Shown piece after piece: positions 23,282 to 32,000 of a stretch of DNA of 32,000 bases. The stretch spans positions 1,650,001 to 1,682,000 of the forward strand of contig NC_013967.1 in NCBI RefSeq assembly GCF_000025685.1. The letters are read 5' to 3'. The notes under the pieces were generated by a model. It was not told the DNA's origin. It made no database searches and saw nothing but the letters and a program-made list of their open reading frames with translations. Source of the DNA: Haloferax volcanii DS2. GTDB lineage: Archaea; Halobacteriota; Halobacteria; Halobacteriales; Haloferacaceae. Position 1 is the first letter of the stretch; each line of letters opens with the position of its first letter. Both the position numbers and the translations under genes were made by a program.

Positions 23282-25861
23282 ATGAGCGACACCCGCGTCG
23301 TACTGGTCGACGAGTGCCCCGACGCCCTCGTCGACGCCCTCGGACGACGCGGGTTCACGACCGAGACGTGCGCCGACCGCGGCGACGTGTTCAGTTCCCT
23401 CGACGCCGGAGTCGGCGGCGTCGTCGTCCGCGGCGCTCTCGACGCCGAGTTCGCCTCCGGCGTCCGCGACCGAGTCGGCGTGGTCCCGGTGTTCTTTCTG
23501 ACCGAAAGCCCCCCGGAGTCGGCCCACGACGGCGGCGCAATCGCCATCAGCGACCCGGAGACGCCGGAAGCGGTCGCCTCTGTCGCCGCGCGGGTCGAGC
23601 GGGCCATCGAGTTCACGCAGTGGGCGTCGGCCGGGCGGAACTCGGACTCGCTGTATCGGACCGTCGTCGAGCAGAGCCACGACGCCATCTTCGTCGCGCA
23701 GGACGGCGAGTTTCGCTTTTGGAACCGCCGGCTGACCGAGCTCACCGGCCTGCGCGACGGCGAACTCACCGAGCGGTCGGTGTCGAGTATCGTCCACCCC
23801 GACGACCGCGAGCGGGCCGCCGCCATCGCCACGACGCGACGACAGGGCGTCGACGCACCCGCGAGCTACGAGATTCGTCTCGTCGACGCCGACGGCGCGG
23901 CCCGCGAGTGCTCGACGAACGTCAGAGAAATCGACTACCACGGCTCCGACGCCGTCCTCGTCTCGATGCGCGACGTGACCGAGCAGCGGGCCACGGAAGC
24001 GCAGTTCCGCGGGCTCGTGGAGCTGGCACGGGACCTCGTGACCCTCGTGGGAACCGACGGGCGAATCAAGTACCAGAGCCCCTCCGTCACCGAGGTGCTC
24101 GGATTCGACGAGGACGAACTCGTCGGAGAGCACGTCGCCGACCTGATTCACCCCGACGACTGGGACCGCGTCAAGGCCGTCTTCGAGCGCGCGCTCCAGA
24201 CCGGGGCCGACGGGACCGACCCCGTCCGGTACCGCCAGCGGAACGCCGAGGGGTCGTGGACGTGGCTCGAATCCGTGGGGTGCAATCAGGCCGACACCTC
24301 GGTCGACGGCTTCGTCGTCACCTCGCGAAACGTGACCGAACAGCGGAGCTACGAGCAGCGGCTCAAGCGCTACGAGACCATCGTCGAGAGAATCGGCCAA
24401 GGCGCGTACGTGCTCGACGAGGCGGGTGTCGTCCAGTTCATCAACGAGGCCGCGCTCTCGCGGACGACCATCCCCATGTCGACGTTCGTCGGCCGACACA
24501 TCTCGGCGCTCCGCGACGCCGGCTATCTCGCCGCCGACCAGTACGAACGCGCCCAGTCCGCGCTCGACGCCGTCCTCGGCGGCGAGAGCGAGCGCGAGCG
24601 GTTCGAAATCGAACTGTCGTTTCCCGAGAAAAACTACGTGGCCGAGTTCACCGTCTCGCCCATCGTCGACGACGGCGGGGAGGTCGCGGGCGCGGTCGGC
24701 ATCTCGACGGACGTGACGGAGCGAAAGCGGTACGAACAGCGGCTCAACGCGCTGCACGCGTCGACCCGACGGCTGACGGGGGCGACGAGCCGCGAGGAAG
24801 TCGCGGAAATCGTCCGCGAGGCCGCCACCGAAGTCCTCGACTACGCGATTAGCGGCGTCCTCCTGTACGACGAGTCGCAGGACGCGCTCGTCCCGACGGC
24901 GTTCACCGACGAGGCGTGGGACGTGTTCGGCGACGTGCCGCCGATTCCGCGAGGGGCCGGGCTGACGTGGGAGGTGTTCGAACGCGGCGAGCACAACCTC
25001 TACCGGGACGTGGACTCGAACCCGAGACGGTTCGTCCTCGACGCCGGGGTCAAAGAGGAACTCATCGTGCCGATTCCCGACCACGGCGTGTTCTTCGTCG
25101 CGTCCGTCGGCGACGACTCGCTGGCCGACCAGCGCATCGCGTTGGCGAAGGTGTTGGCCGCCAACACCCGCGCGGTCTTGCACCGGGTCGAACGCGAACA
25201 GCTCTTGCGGCGGCGCGAGCGCGAACTCGCCAGCCAGAACGAACAGCTCGAATCGTTCGCGTCGGTCGTCTCGCACGACCTCAAGAACCCGCTGAACGCG
25301 GCGATGGGCTATCTCGACCTCGCCCGCGAGCAGTACGACGGCGACGAACTGGACCGCGTCGCCGACGCCCACGAGCGGATGGCCGGCATCGTCGAGGACA
25401 TGTTGGCGCTCGCGCGTAACGGTCAGACGGTCGAGGAGGCCGAGCGACTGTCGCTCGGGGGCGTCGCCGAGGCGGCGTGGACGACCGCCGCGAGCGACGC
25501 GCCGGAAGCGACGCTCGTCACCGACGGCGAAATCCCGGTCGACGCCCACCGCGGGCGGCTCAGACAGCTCCTCGAAAACCTCTTTTCGAACGCGATTCGC
25601 CACGGCGGCGACGACGTGACCGTCCGGGTCGGCCCCCTCGACGACCGCGCCGGCTTCTACGTCGAAGACGACGGCCCGGGGATTCCGCCGGACGACCGCC
25701 CCCGCATGTTCGAGGCGGGCTACACCACGAGTTCCGAGGGGACCGGCTTCGGCCTCAGCGTCGTCATGAGCGTCGTGAACGCCCACGGCTGGAGCGTCTG
25801 GTTCGTCGAGAGCGACGACGGCGGCGCGCGGTTCGAAATCACGACCGAAAGCGACCACTGA
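23282..25861 (+). CDS. multi-domain sensor histidine kinase (receiver-like N-terminus, PAS repeats, GAF, HisKA, HATPase)
   Basis: I use the ATG at 23282 (MSDTRVVLVDECPDAL...). It has three PAS-like segments, each ending in a DVTEQR/NVTEQR/DVTERK boundary, and a GAF-like segment. Kinase motifs are H-box SVVSHDLKNPLN, N-box LFSNAIRHG, G1 DDGPGIP and G2 GTGFGLS. Confidence 0.9.
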   Translation: MSDTRVVLVDECPDALVDALGRRGFTTETCADRGDVFSSLDAGVGGVVVRGALDAEFASGVRDRVGVVPVFFLTESPPESAHDGGAIAISDPETPEAVASVAARVERAIEFTQWASAGRNSDSLYRTVVEQSHDAIFVAQDGEFRFWNRRLTELTGLRDGELTERSVSSIVHPDDRERAAAIATTRRQGVDAPASYEIRLVDADGAARECSTNVREIDYHGSDAVLVSMRDVTEQRATEAQFRGLVELARDLVTLVGTDGRIKYQSPSVTEVLGFDEDELVGEHVADLIHPDDWDRVKAVFERALQTGADGTDPVRYRQRNAEGSWTWLESVGCNQADTSVDGFVVTSRNVTEQRSYEQRLKRYETIVERIGQGAYVLDEAGVVQFINEAALSRTTIPMSTFVGRHISALRDAGYLAADQYERAQSALDAVLGGESERERFEIELSFPEKNYVAEFTVSPIVDDGGEVAGAVGISTDVTERKRYEQRLNALHASTRRLTGATSREEVAEIVREAATEVLDYAISGVLLYDESQDALVPTAFTDEAWDVFGDVPPIPRGAGLTWEVFERGEHNLYRDVDSNPRRFVLDAGVKEELIVPIPDHGVFFVASVGDDSLADQRIALAKVLAANTRAVLHRVEREQLLRRRERELASQNEQLESFASVVSHDLKNPLNAAMGYLDLAREQYDGDELDRVADAHERMAGIVEDMLALARNGQTVEEAERLSLGGVAEAAWTTAASDAPEATLVTDGEIPVDAHRGRLRQLLENLFSNAIRHGGDDVTVRVGPLDDRAGFYVEDDGPGIPPDDRPRMFEAGYTTSSEGTGFGLSVVMSVVNAHGWSVWFVESDDGGARFEITTESDH

Positions 25862-25921
25862 CGGGCCGAGAGTATCGCCGCCGGCGGCAACACTAATTGC
25901 GGGTCGTCCGAACGGAGCGCC

Positions 25922-27049
25922 ATGGAAACACCGGACGAGACGACGGTCCGCGCGGCCGACTCGTGTCGGGAGTCGCTGCCCGAGCGCGTCGACGGCGGGC
26001 GGGTGCTGTTCGGATTCGACGGCTACATCGACCGCGTTCGGGAGTTCGTCTCCGAGCGACAGTCGGCAGATACCTACGAGCGGGTGCCGACGCTCGACGC
26101 GTTCGCTGAGCGCGTGAACGACTCGGTCGAAGCCGAGAGTTCGCTCACCTTCGAGTGGATTCAAGACGGCGTCCGCACCGGCGGACACGTGAGCCACCTC
26201 GCGCGCGCCTTCGACCGGATGGGGTTCGAGCCCGGAGTCGTCGGCTGTCTCGGCGACCCGGTCGAAGAGCCGTTCGTCGAGGAGTTCGGCCACCTCCCGC
26301 TGGAGACCCTCGGGTCGCCGGGCTACACCGACGCCGTCGAGTTCGGCGACGGGAAGCTGATGCTCACCGAAATCGGCGCGCTGATGACGCTCGACTGGGC
26401 CGGAATCGAGTCGCGCGTCGGCCTCGACCGACTGGCCGAACTGGTCGACGGGGCCGAACTCGTCGGGATGGGCTACTGGTCGGAGATGCCCGAGCTACCG
26501 GACGTGGCCCGCGGCCTCCGCGAGGAGCTGTGGCCGACGCTGTCGGACCCGCCGGAGACGCTGCTTTTGGACCCCGGCGACCTCAGAAAGCGAGGGCCCG
26601 ACGTGGTCGCCGCGGGCGTCGAGCAGGTGTCGGCGCTGGACGACGCGGTGCGCGTCGTCGTCTCTGCGAACCGCTACGAGACGCGCTATCTCGCGCGGCT
26701 GGCGGGCGTCGAGAGCGACGACTTCGGCCGCGAGTCACAGGCGGCGTTCGACCACCTCGGCGTCAGTCGGTTCGCGGGCCACGGCATCGAGGAGGCGCAC
26801 CTCGTCGACGAGGCGGGAACCGCGACCGTCGGGGTCCCACGGACGGACGACCCGGTGTTGACGACGAGTTCGGGCGACCACTTCAACGCGGGCCTCGCGC
26901 TCGCGCACGTCCTCGACCTCGGTCGCGCGGAGTCGCTCGTCGTCGGCAACGCCGTCGCGGGACACTTCGTCAGAACCGGGTCGCCGCCGACGTACGACGA
27001 ACTACGGGCGTTCGCCTCGGGGTATCTCGATTACTTCGACGCCGCTTAA
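25922..27049 (+). CDS. ribokinase-superfamily (PfkB/ADP-dependent-kinase-like) sugar kinase homolog
   Basis: 375-aa ORF, acidic. The C-terminal TSSGDHFNAGLALAH resembles the ribokinase-fold catalytic GD/anion-hole block. Substrate is unknown. Confidence 0.65.
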   Translation: METPDETTVRAADSCRESLPERVDGGRVLFGFDGYIDRVREFVSERQSADTYERVPTLDAFAERVNDSVEAESSLTFEWIQDGVRTGGHVSHLARAFDRMGFEPGVVGCLGDPVEEPFVEEFGHLPLETLGSPGYTDAVEFGDGKLMLTEIGALMTLDWAGIESRVGLDRLAELVDGAELVGMGYWSEMPELPDVARGLREELWPTLSDPPETLLLDPGDLRKRGPDVVAAGVEQVSALDDAVRVVVSANRYETRYLARLAGVESDDFGRESQAAFDHLGVSRFAGHGIEEAHLVDEAGTATVGVPRTDDPVLTTSSGDHFNAGLALAHVLDLGRAESLVVGNAVAGHFVRTGSPPTYDELRAFASGYLDYFDAA

Positions 27050-27248
27050 ATACCGATTGTCCACACAAGGGTCAGATATATTACTAGAATCGGCGTACCG
27101 ATATGCGTCGGTGGCACCCCCCACACGGGCGCACCGCCGGAGAGCCGCGAGTCGCGCCGTTCCGGCGGCGAAATCGACACCCGTCGTGGCATCTCGCGCC
27201 CGGTTGCCGCGCCCCACCACGGTCCCGTTTTGACGCATCATCGGCTCT

Positions 27249-27677
27249 TCACTCGGACCGCGAACCGCGGTCGAGGTCGTCTATCGTCGACCCGACGAGG
27301 TTTCGGAGGGCCCGACGAAGCCGCTGTGAGAGCGCCTGTTCGGTGATACCCAACCGGCTCGCGATGCCGTCGCACTCGCGGATGGCCGAGAGGATGTCGC
27401 CGTCGCGGGTCGCCCACTCGCAGCGGTAATGCCGTCCCTCGGGTCCGTCCGATATCGGTTCGAAGCGCTCGATGCTCGCGTGGTCGTCGAGCAGGTCGTC
27501 GAGCGCCTCGCGGTCGCTCCCGCGGGCGACGAAGTAGGGAACCGGCTCGTCCGTCACCGGGATACCGCCGACGAACGTGAGTTCGAACTCGGGGTCTTCG
27601 AACGTTCCGTCGGGCGAGGCCCCGGCCAGCGGGTGGCCGAGTTCGACCTCGTACCCACTGGCGTGGTCGCCGGTCAT
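27249..27677 (-). CDS. short Bat/HTH_10-like DNA-binding protein (atypical, possibly internally deleted)
   Basis: I use the ATG at 27677 (MTGDHASGYEVEL...). The C-terminal IASRLGITEQALSQRLRRALRNLV matches the recognition half of halobacterial HTH_10 domains. The usual LTxRQxEvL...GYF first half is absent. Upstream ATGs at 27803 and 27830 would add a basic segment encoded in AT-rich DNA, which is unlikely. Confidence 0.55.
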   Translation of the reverse strand: MTGDHASGYEVELGHPLAGASPDGTFEDPEFELTFVGGIPVTDEPVPYFVARGSDREALDDLLDDHASIERFEPISDGPEGRHYRCEWATRDGDILSAIRECDGIASRLGITEQALSQRLRRALRNLVGSTIDDLDRGSRSE

Positions 27678-27867
27678 CGCAGCGCGGAGGCAGCGGCTGC
27701 ATCGAACACCGAAGCGACGGCACACGCTCGTATGTCGGATCTCACGAACGGAGAAAAATACGGGCGACCGAAGGATATTTTTTGCGGAGACTAATCCTTT
27801 CATAGTAAATGTGTTTAAAAATGGTGCCACAAAGTGGAGGTGTCGGGCAGTCGCGCCGGAGAGGATT

Positions 27868-27874
27868 AAAAAAA
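27868..27874 (-). terminator. U-run terminator candidate
   Basis: The plus-strand A7 run reads as T7 on the minus strand, about 25 nt downstream of the TGA stop at 27902-27900. Oligo-T tracts are the usual haloarchaeal termination signal. Confidence 0.4.
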
Positions 27875-27899
27875 CAGTTTCATGACACTTCTGCCGCCG

Positions 27900-28811
27900 T
27901 CAGTCGAGTCGAATCGGGTCGGCGCTGGGGCGAATCTCGACCGACACCTCGTCGCCGGTGGCGAAGCCGTGACCGGGACAGACGAGTTTGCTCCCGAAGT
28001 CGACGCGAGACGCGAACAGTGACAATCCAGTGATTCGAACGCCGTCGACGAGCACGTCGAAGTCGGCCCACGGAACGTCGCGGCCGGCCGCCCGGCCGAC
28101 CCGCTCGCCGAGGAGCGACAGCGATTGTCCGTCTTCGACGGGCGAGAGCGCGCCCCCGAAGCCGTAGTGGGCGAGCCCGCCGTCGAGGACGACGCCCTCG
28201 TCGCTGGCGAGACCGACGAACCCGTCGGGGCCGACCGCCGCGTCGGTGCGGGTCGGGGCGTCGAGAACGACGAACGTCTCGGCCGTCTCGACGACGGTTC
28301 CCGTCCCGTCCCAGTCGAGCGGCGAGACGGTCACGTCGGGCGACACCGGGAGCGACCCCCGAGCCCGGTGGTGGTTCGCGTCCGCGGCCCGAAAGCCGAC
28401 GTGGACGTGGTTCGAGACCCACGGCGCGAAAAAGCCGGAGCGGACGAGCCGTCCCAGCGAGTCACCGACCGCGACCTCGTCGCCCGCGTCGACGCCGGGG
28501 TCGACGTGGAGGATGCGCGCGACCAGTCCGTCGCGGGGGTCGTCGTCGGGGGCGCCGAGCCAGTCCAGTCCGGTGGCGTCGGCGTCGACATCGACGAGGA
28601 TGAGGTACTCGTCGTCGTGGGCGTAGGGCTTGTCGGGCGCGCGGACGGTCCGCGTCTCGCGGACGACGCCCGCCACGGGCGAGCGGGCCACCGGGTCGTC
28701 GGCGGCGACGTAGAGGTCGATAGCACACCCGCTGTCGTGGGCGGGGTACGGCGAGTTGTAGAGCGAGAAGCGCTCGAAGCGCGAGAGCATCGGCCGCGGC
28801 AGTCGCAGCAT
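27900..28811 (-). CDS. cytoplasmic conserved hypothetical protein with M23/LytM-like signature
   Basis: I use the ATG at 28811 (MLRLPRPMLSRFERF...), giving 303 aa. HDSGCAIDLYVAADDPVARSPVAGVV and VGDSLGRLVRSGFFAPWVSNHVHVGFR resemble the H..D and HxH blocks of M23 peptidases, but the first motif is a variant. The remainder of the 681-aa track ORF is antisense junk. Confidence 0.65.
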   Translation of the reverse strand: MLRLPRPMLSRFERFSLYNSPYPAHDSGCAIDLYVAADDPVARSPVAGVVRETRTVRAPDKPYAHDDEYLILVDVDADATGLDWLGAPDDDPRDGLVARILHVDPGVDAGDEVAVGDSLGRLVRSGFFAPWVSNHVHVGFRAADANHHRARGSLPVSPDVTVSPLDWDGTGTVVETAETFVVLDAPTRTDAAVGPDGFVGLASDEGVVLDGGLAHYGFGGALSPVEDGQSLSLLGERVGRAAGRDVPWADFDVLVDGVRITGLSLFASRVDFGSKLVCPGHGFATGDEVSVEIRPSADPIRLD

Positions 28812-28865
28812 GGTCGTCGGGACGGGACGGGTGCGCTTAGGTACGTCGGGGTGGTTCTCTCGGGC

Positions 28866-29552
28866 ATGCGCGTCATCCGCGGCCGCGGGCCCGACCGGGA
28901 GGCGGACCGGGCGGTCACCGCGGCCATGCTCCGCGAGGCGGGCGACACGGGCGAACCGGCGTTCCGCGCGTGGACGCCGCACCGACAGCTCGCGTTCGGC
29001 AGGCGCGACACCCGCGCCCCGCGGTACGACGAGGCCGTCGCCGCCGCCGAGGAACGCGGTTTTCCCGCTGTCGAGCGCTCCGTCGGCGGCCGCGCGGTGG
29101 CCTACACGGGAACCACCGTCGCGTTCGCCCACGCGGTTCCCCTCGACGACGCCCGGAGCGGCCTCGACGCGCGGTACGAGGCCGGAACGACCGCCGTCGT
29201 CCGCGCCCTGCGAACCCTCGGCGTCCCCGCGCGGCGGGGCGAGCCCCCGGCGTCGTACTGCCCCGGCGACCACTCGGTCCAAGCGGGCGGGAAGCTCTGC
29301 GGCCTCGCCCAGCGCGTTCGAAAAGAGGGCGCGCTCGTCTCCGGCGTGGTCGTCGTCACCGACCGCGACGAGATAGCCGACGTGCTCGCGCCCGTCTACG
29401 AGGCCATCGACGTTCCCTTCGACCCGGATTCGGTGGGGAGCGTCGCCGACGCCGGCGGCCCGGCCAGTTCCGACGCGGTCTGCGACGCCCTCGAAGCCGC
29501 CTTCGTTGGCGACGCGGAGACGCGCGTCGAAGACGCGGCGGACCTCGCGTGA
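28866..29552 (+). CDS. lipoate-protein ligase / octanoyltransferase family (BPL_LplA_LipB) protein
   Basis: I use the ATG at 28866 (MRVIRGRGPDREADR...), giving 228 aa. The lysine block GGKLCGLAQRV is typical of LplA/LipB-type catalytic domains. Confidence 0.8.
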   Translation: MRVIRGRGPDREADRAVTAAMLREAGDTGEPAFRAWTPHRQLAFGRRDTRAPRYDEAVAAAEERGFPAVERSVGGRAVAYTGTTVAFAHAVPLDDARSGLDARYEAGTTAVVRALRTLGVPARRGEPPASYCPGDHSVQAGGKLCGLAQRVRKEGALVSGVVVVTDRDEIADVLAPVYEAIDVPFDPDSVGSVADAGGPASSDAVCDALEAAFVGDAETRVEDAADLA

Positions 29553-29616
29553 GCGACTGACTGCGACCGCTCCCCGAACCGCCGGACTTAGCACCCGGCG
29601 CGTCGCACCCCCTCGT

Positions 29617-30906
29617 ATGCGAATCGAGAACGCGACGCTGGCCGACGGCCGCGCCGTCGACGTCCGCGTCGAGGACGGAACCGTCGAGGCGGTCGGTGAC
29701 CTCGACTCCGTCGACGCCGAGGAGACCGTCGACGCCGAGGAGAACCTGCTTCTGCCGGGCGCTATCGACGTGCACGTCCACTTCCGCGAACCGGGATTCG
29801 AGCACAAGGAGACGTGGGAGACCGGCGCGCGGAGCGCCGCCGCGGGGGGCGTGACGACCGTCGCCGACCAGCCGAACACCGACCCGACGACGACCGACGG
29901 CGCGGGCTTCGACGTGAAAGCGGAGTGCGCCGCGAACGCCTGCATCGACTACGGTATCAACGGCGGCGTCACCGCCGACTGGGACCCGGACAGTCTGTTC
30001 GACCGACCGCTTTTCGCCCTCGGCGAGGTGTTTCTGGCCGATTCGACCGGCGACATGGGCATCGAGGCCGACCTGTTTGCCGAGGCCGCGGAGCGCGCCG
30101 GCGAGGCGGGCGTGCCCGTCACGGTCCACGCCGAGGACGCCGACCTGTTCGACGAATCGGCCATCGAGGGCGACCTCGGCGGGGTCGGCCGCGACGCCGA
30201 CGCCGACGCGTGGAGCGCCTACCGCACCGCCGGGGCCGAGGCGGTCGCCGTCGAGCGCGCCGTCCGCGTCGGCGGCGAGACCGGCGCGCAGATTCACATC
30301 GCCCACACGAGCACGCCGGAGGGCGTCGACGCCGCCCGCGACGGCGGCGCGACCTGCGAGGCGACGCCGCACCACCTGTTTCTGTCCCGCGACGACCTCG
30401 ACGAGTTGGGCACCTACGGCCGGATGAACCCGCCGCTCCGCTCCGAGGCGCGCCGCGAGGCCATGTTCGAGCGCCTCGCCGACGGCCGCATCGACATGGT
30501 CGCCACGGACCACGCGCCGCACACGCGCGAGGAGAAAGAACGGTCGCTCCTCGACGCCCCGAGCGGCGTCCCCGGCGTCGAGACGATGGTGCCCCTGCTT
30601 CTCGGCGCGGTCGTCGCCGGCGACCTCACCGCCGAGCGCGTCCGCGACGTGGTCGCCGCGAACCCCGCCGACGTGTTCGACCTGCCGCGCAAGGGCCGCA
30701 TCGAGGCGGGCGCGGACGCCGACCTCGCGCTGTACGACCTCGACGCCGCCCGCGAGATTCGCGGCGCGGACCTCCACTCGAACTGCGAGTGGACGCCGTT
30801 CGAGGGCCACACCGGCGTCTTCCCCGAGTGGACGATGCTCCGCGGTGAGTTCGTCTGGGACGGCGACGAGTTCGGCGCGGTCGCCGGCGAGAACGTCCGC
30901 GACTGA
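29617..30906 (+). CDS. pyrC: dihydroorotase
   Basis: I use the ATG at 29617 (MRIENATLADGR...), giving 429 aa. It has the amidohydrolase metal motifs DVHVHFREPG, VHAED, IAHTST and ATDHAPH. Confidence 0.9.
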   Translation: MRIENATLADGRAVDVRVEDGTVEAVGDLDSVDAEETVDAEENLLLPGAIDVHVHFREPGFEHKETWETGARSAAAGGVTTVADQPNTDPTTTDGAGFDVKAECAANACIDYGINGGVTADWDPDSLFDRPLFALGEVFLADSTGDMGIEADLFAEAAERAGEAGVPVTVHAEDADLFDESAIEGDLGGVGRDADADAWSAYRTAGAEAVAVERAVRVGGETGAQIHIAHTSTPEGVDAARDGGATCEATPHHLFLSRDDLDELGTYGRMNPPLRSEARREAMFERLADGRIDMVATDHAPHTREEKERSLLDAPSGVPGVETMVPLLLGAVVAGDLTAERVRDVVAANPADVFDLPRKGRIEAGADADLALYDLDAAREIRGADLHSNCEWTPFEGHTGVFPEWTMLRGEFVWDGDEFGAVAGENVRD

Positions 30907-30925
30907 GCGCAGTTGCGGCCCGAAT

Positions 30926-31369
30926 TCAGAACCGCGCGGCCGCGGCCTGCGCGCCCCTCCAGCCGACGCCGATGAGCACCGCGAGCGGCGCTGTCAGAGC
31001 GACCAGCGAGACGGCCGACACGGCGACCCCGCCGAGTGCAGACGATGCGACGACGGTCGCGAGAAAGCCGCCCACGGCGAGCGCCGGGGCGACCAGCGCG
31101 TACGCGAACAGCCAGCGCTGTCTGCGAGTGAACCGGACGCCGTATCCCGGTCCCGGCGGGATGAGCAGGCCACCAGCGAGGAGGACGAAGCCGGCGACCC
31201 CGAACACGAGGAGGAAAAAGCCCGCGAGCCCGTGGGCGAAACCGTCGCTTCCGGGCGGCGGCGGGGGCATCGTGACGGCGGTCCGCCAGACGAACGCGAG
31301 AAGCGCGACCCCGGCCCCGGCGACGGGGAGTTGGAGCGACCCGAGGACCGCGCGGAGTGACCATCGCAT
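30926..31369 (-). CDS. small integral membrane protein
   Basis: I use the ATG at 31369 (MRWSLRAVLGSLQLPVAGAGVALLAF...), giving 147 aa and four hydrophobic segments. The upstream part of the 244-aa track ORF is Arg-rich. Confidence 0.65.
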   Translation of the reverse strand: MRWSLRAVLGSLQLPVAGAGVALLAFVWRTAVTMPPPPPGSDGFAHGLAGFFLLVFGVAGFVLLAGGLLIPPGPGYGVRFTRRQRWLFAYALVAPALAVGGFLATVVASSALGGVAVSAVSLVALTAPLAVLIGVGWRGAQAAAARF

Positions 31370-31495
31370 CGGGCCGACTGTCGGCGGGGAGACAGATAGC
31401 AGTTCCGCCGTCGGGTGTCGGGACCCCCGCCGGACCGGACGAACCCGACGCAAGCGAATCTTTTTCCCGTCCGACTCCCCGAGGGAGTGACACGC

Positions 31496-32000
31496 ATGAC
31501 CGACGAGCGGACGCCGCCGCGAGGCCGCGACCCGAACGCGGACGCCGACGAACCGCATGCACTCACGGGACTGCTGTCGTTCTGGGAGACGGTCGTGGAG
31601 GACGCCGAGGCGACCGCGGCCGAGTACGAAGACGAGGGTTGGGAGACGCTCGTGCTCCATCCCGGCGACGTGTCGGTGTTGCCGCCGGCGAACCTGCCGG
31701 AGGCGACGGAGCGCGTCGGCTTCGACGTGCTCGTCCCCGGAAGCGAGTTCGAGTCGCTGTCGTCGTGGGTCGAGTCGGCCGAGTTCGACCGTTACGACGT
31801 GTACCGCGCCCGCGAGGATGACACCGTGTTCGTCGTCTCGGTCGTGCAGGACGCCGCGGCGTCGAAGGCCGTCGTCGTCCCGCTGTACTACGAGCTGGGC
31901 GAGGTGGACGCGATGGCGACGAAGGCGCGAAAACAGGACGAACTCCGGCTCTACGTTCGGCCGGTCGAGGCGGACCGACGCGTCGAGTTAGTCCAGTCGG
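31496..32000 (+). CDS. acidic conserved hypothetical protein, 3' end outside window
   Basis: The ATG at 31496 opens a frame with no stop to the window end, so it is absent from the track. Translation is MTDERTPPRGRDPNADADEPHALTGLLSFWETVVEDAEATAAEYEDEGWETLVLHPGD..., strongly acidic with high GC3. Confidence 0.6.
   Translation, partial: MTDERTPPRGRDPNADADEPHALTGLLSFWETVVEDAEATAAEYEDEGWETLVLHPGDVSVLPPANLPEATERVGFDVLVPGSEFESLSSWVESAEFDRYDVYRAREDDTVFVVSVVQDAAASKAVVVPLYYELGEVDAMATKARKQDELRLYVRPVEADRRVELVQS

Noticed and set aside
23264-26293. 1009-aa minus-strand ORF
   Set aside because: It is antisense to the intact PAS/GAF histidine kinase and the start of the sugar-kinase homolog. Composition is Arg/Val/Gly-rich with no motifs.
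27002-27429. 79-aa minus-strand and 108-aa plus-strand ORFs in the gap after the sugar-kinase homolog
   Set aside because: They overlap the neighbouring genes' ends, are basic and Arg-rich, and have no motifs or start context.
28812-30810. Upstream part of the 681-aa minus-strand ORF and the 484-aa minus-strand ORF at 29356-30810
   Set aside because: They are antisense to the LplA-like gene and dihydroorotase. Composition is Arg/Gly/Val-rich with no motifs.

Overview
GC-rich haloarchaeal chromosomal segment, roughly two-thirds G+C by eye. The proteins are strongly acidic. Gene content (geranylgeranyl-reductase paralog, RNase P RNA, AMMECR1, NAD-salvage genes, paired HExxH lipoproteins) suggests Haloferax or a close relative. 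I support about 35 protein-coding genes, most of them housekeeping or transport: an M20 peptidase fragment, a siroheme nitrite/sulfite reductase, two EamA/DMT transporters, an Lrp regulator, a beta-CASP RNase, a geranylgeranyl reductase, NAPRTase, a nicotinamidase-like hydrolase, a PaaI thioesterase, a large PAS/GAF histidine kinase, an LplA-like ligase and dihydroorotase. There is also one RNase P RNA on the minus strand. I saw no CRISPR array, transposase/integrase, tRNA or rRNA. Many long ORFs in the supplied track are antisense shadow ORFs typical of high-GC DNA and were discarded. Several start codons were moved inward to ATGs that give sensible N-termini. Main second-look items: (1) a tandemly duplicated two-gene cassette at 18011-21808, pairing a large HExxH lipoprotein with a small exported protein ending in Cys; it carries a 71-bp patch of perfect identity between the paralogs and sits between the two NAD-salvage genes. 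(2) A sensor kinase at 7952-10016 that is decayed several ways: three homopolymer frameshifts, an in-frame TAG, a missing 5' end and a 15-bp in-frame repeat expansion of its ATP-binding N-box. It abuts head-to-head a start-less SHOCT gene remnant, which suggests deletion of a divergent promoter region. (3) A strongly structured 215-nt intergenic region and a coupled pair of micro-ORFs at 1680-2154. (4) A palindrome that covers the start codon of the nitrite/sulfite reductase. All family assignments come from reading motifs by eye; no database search was possible.
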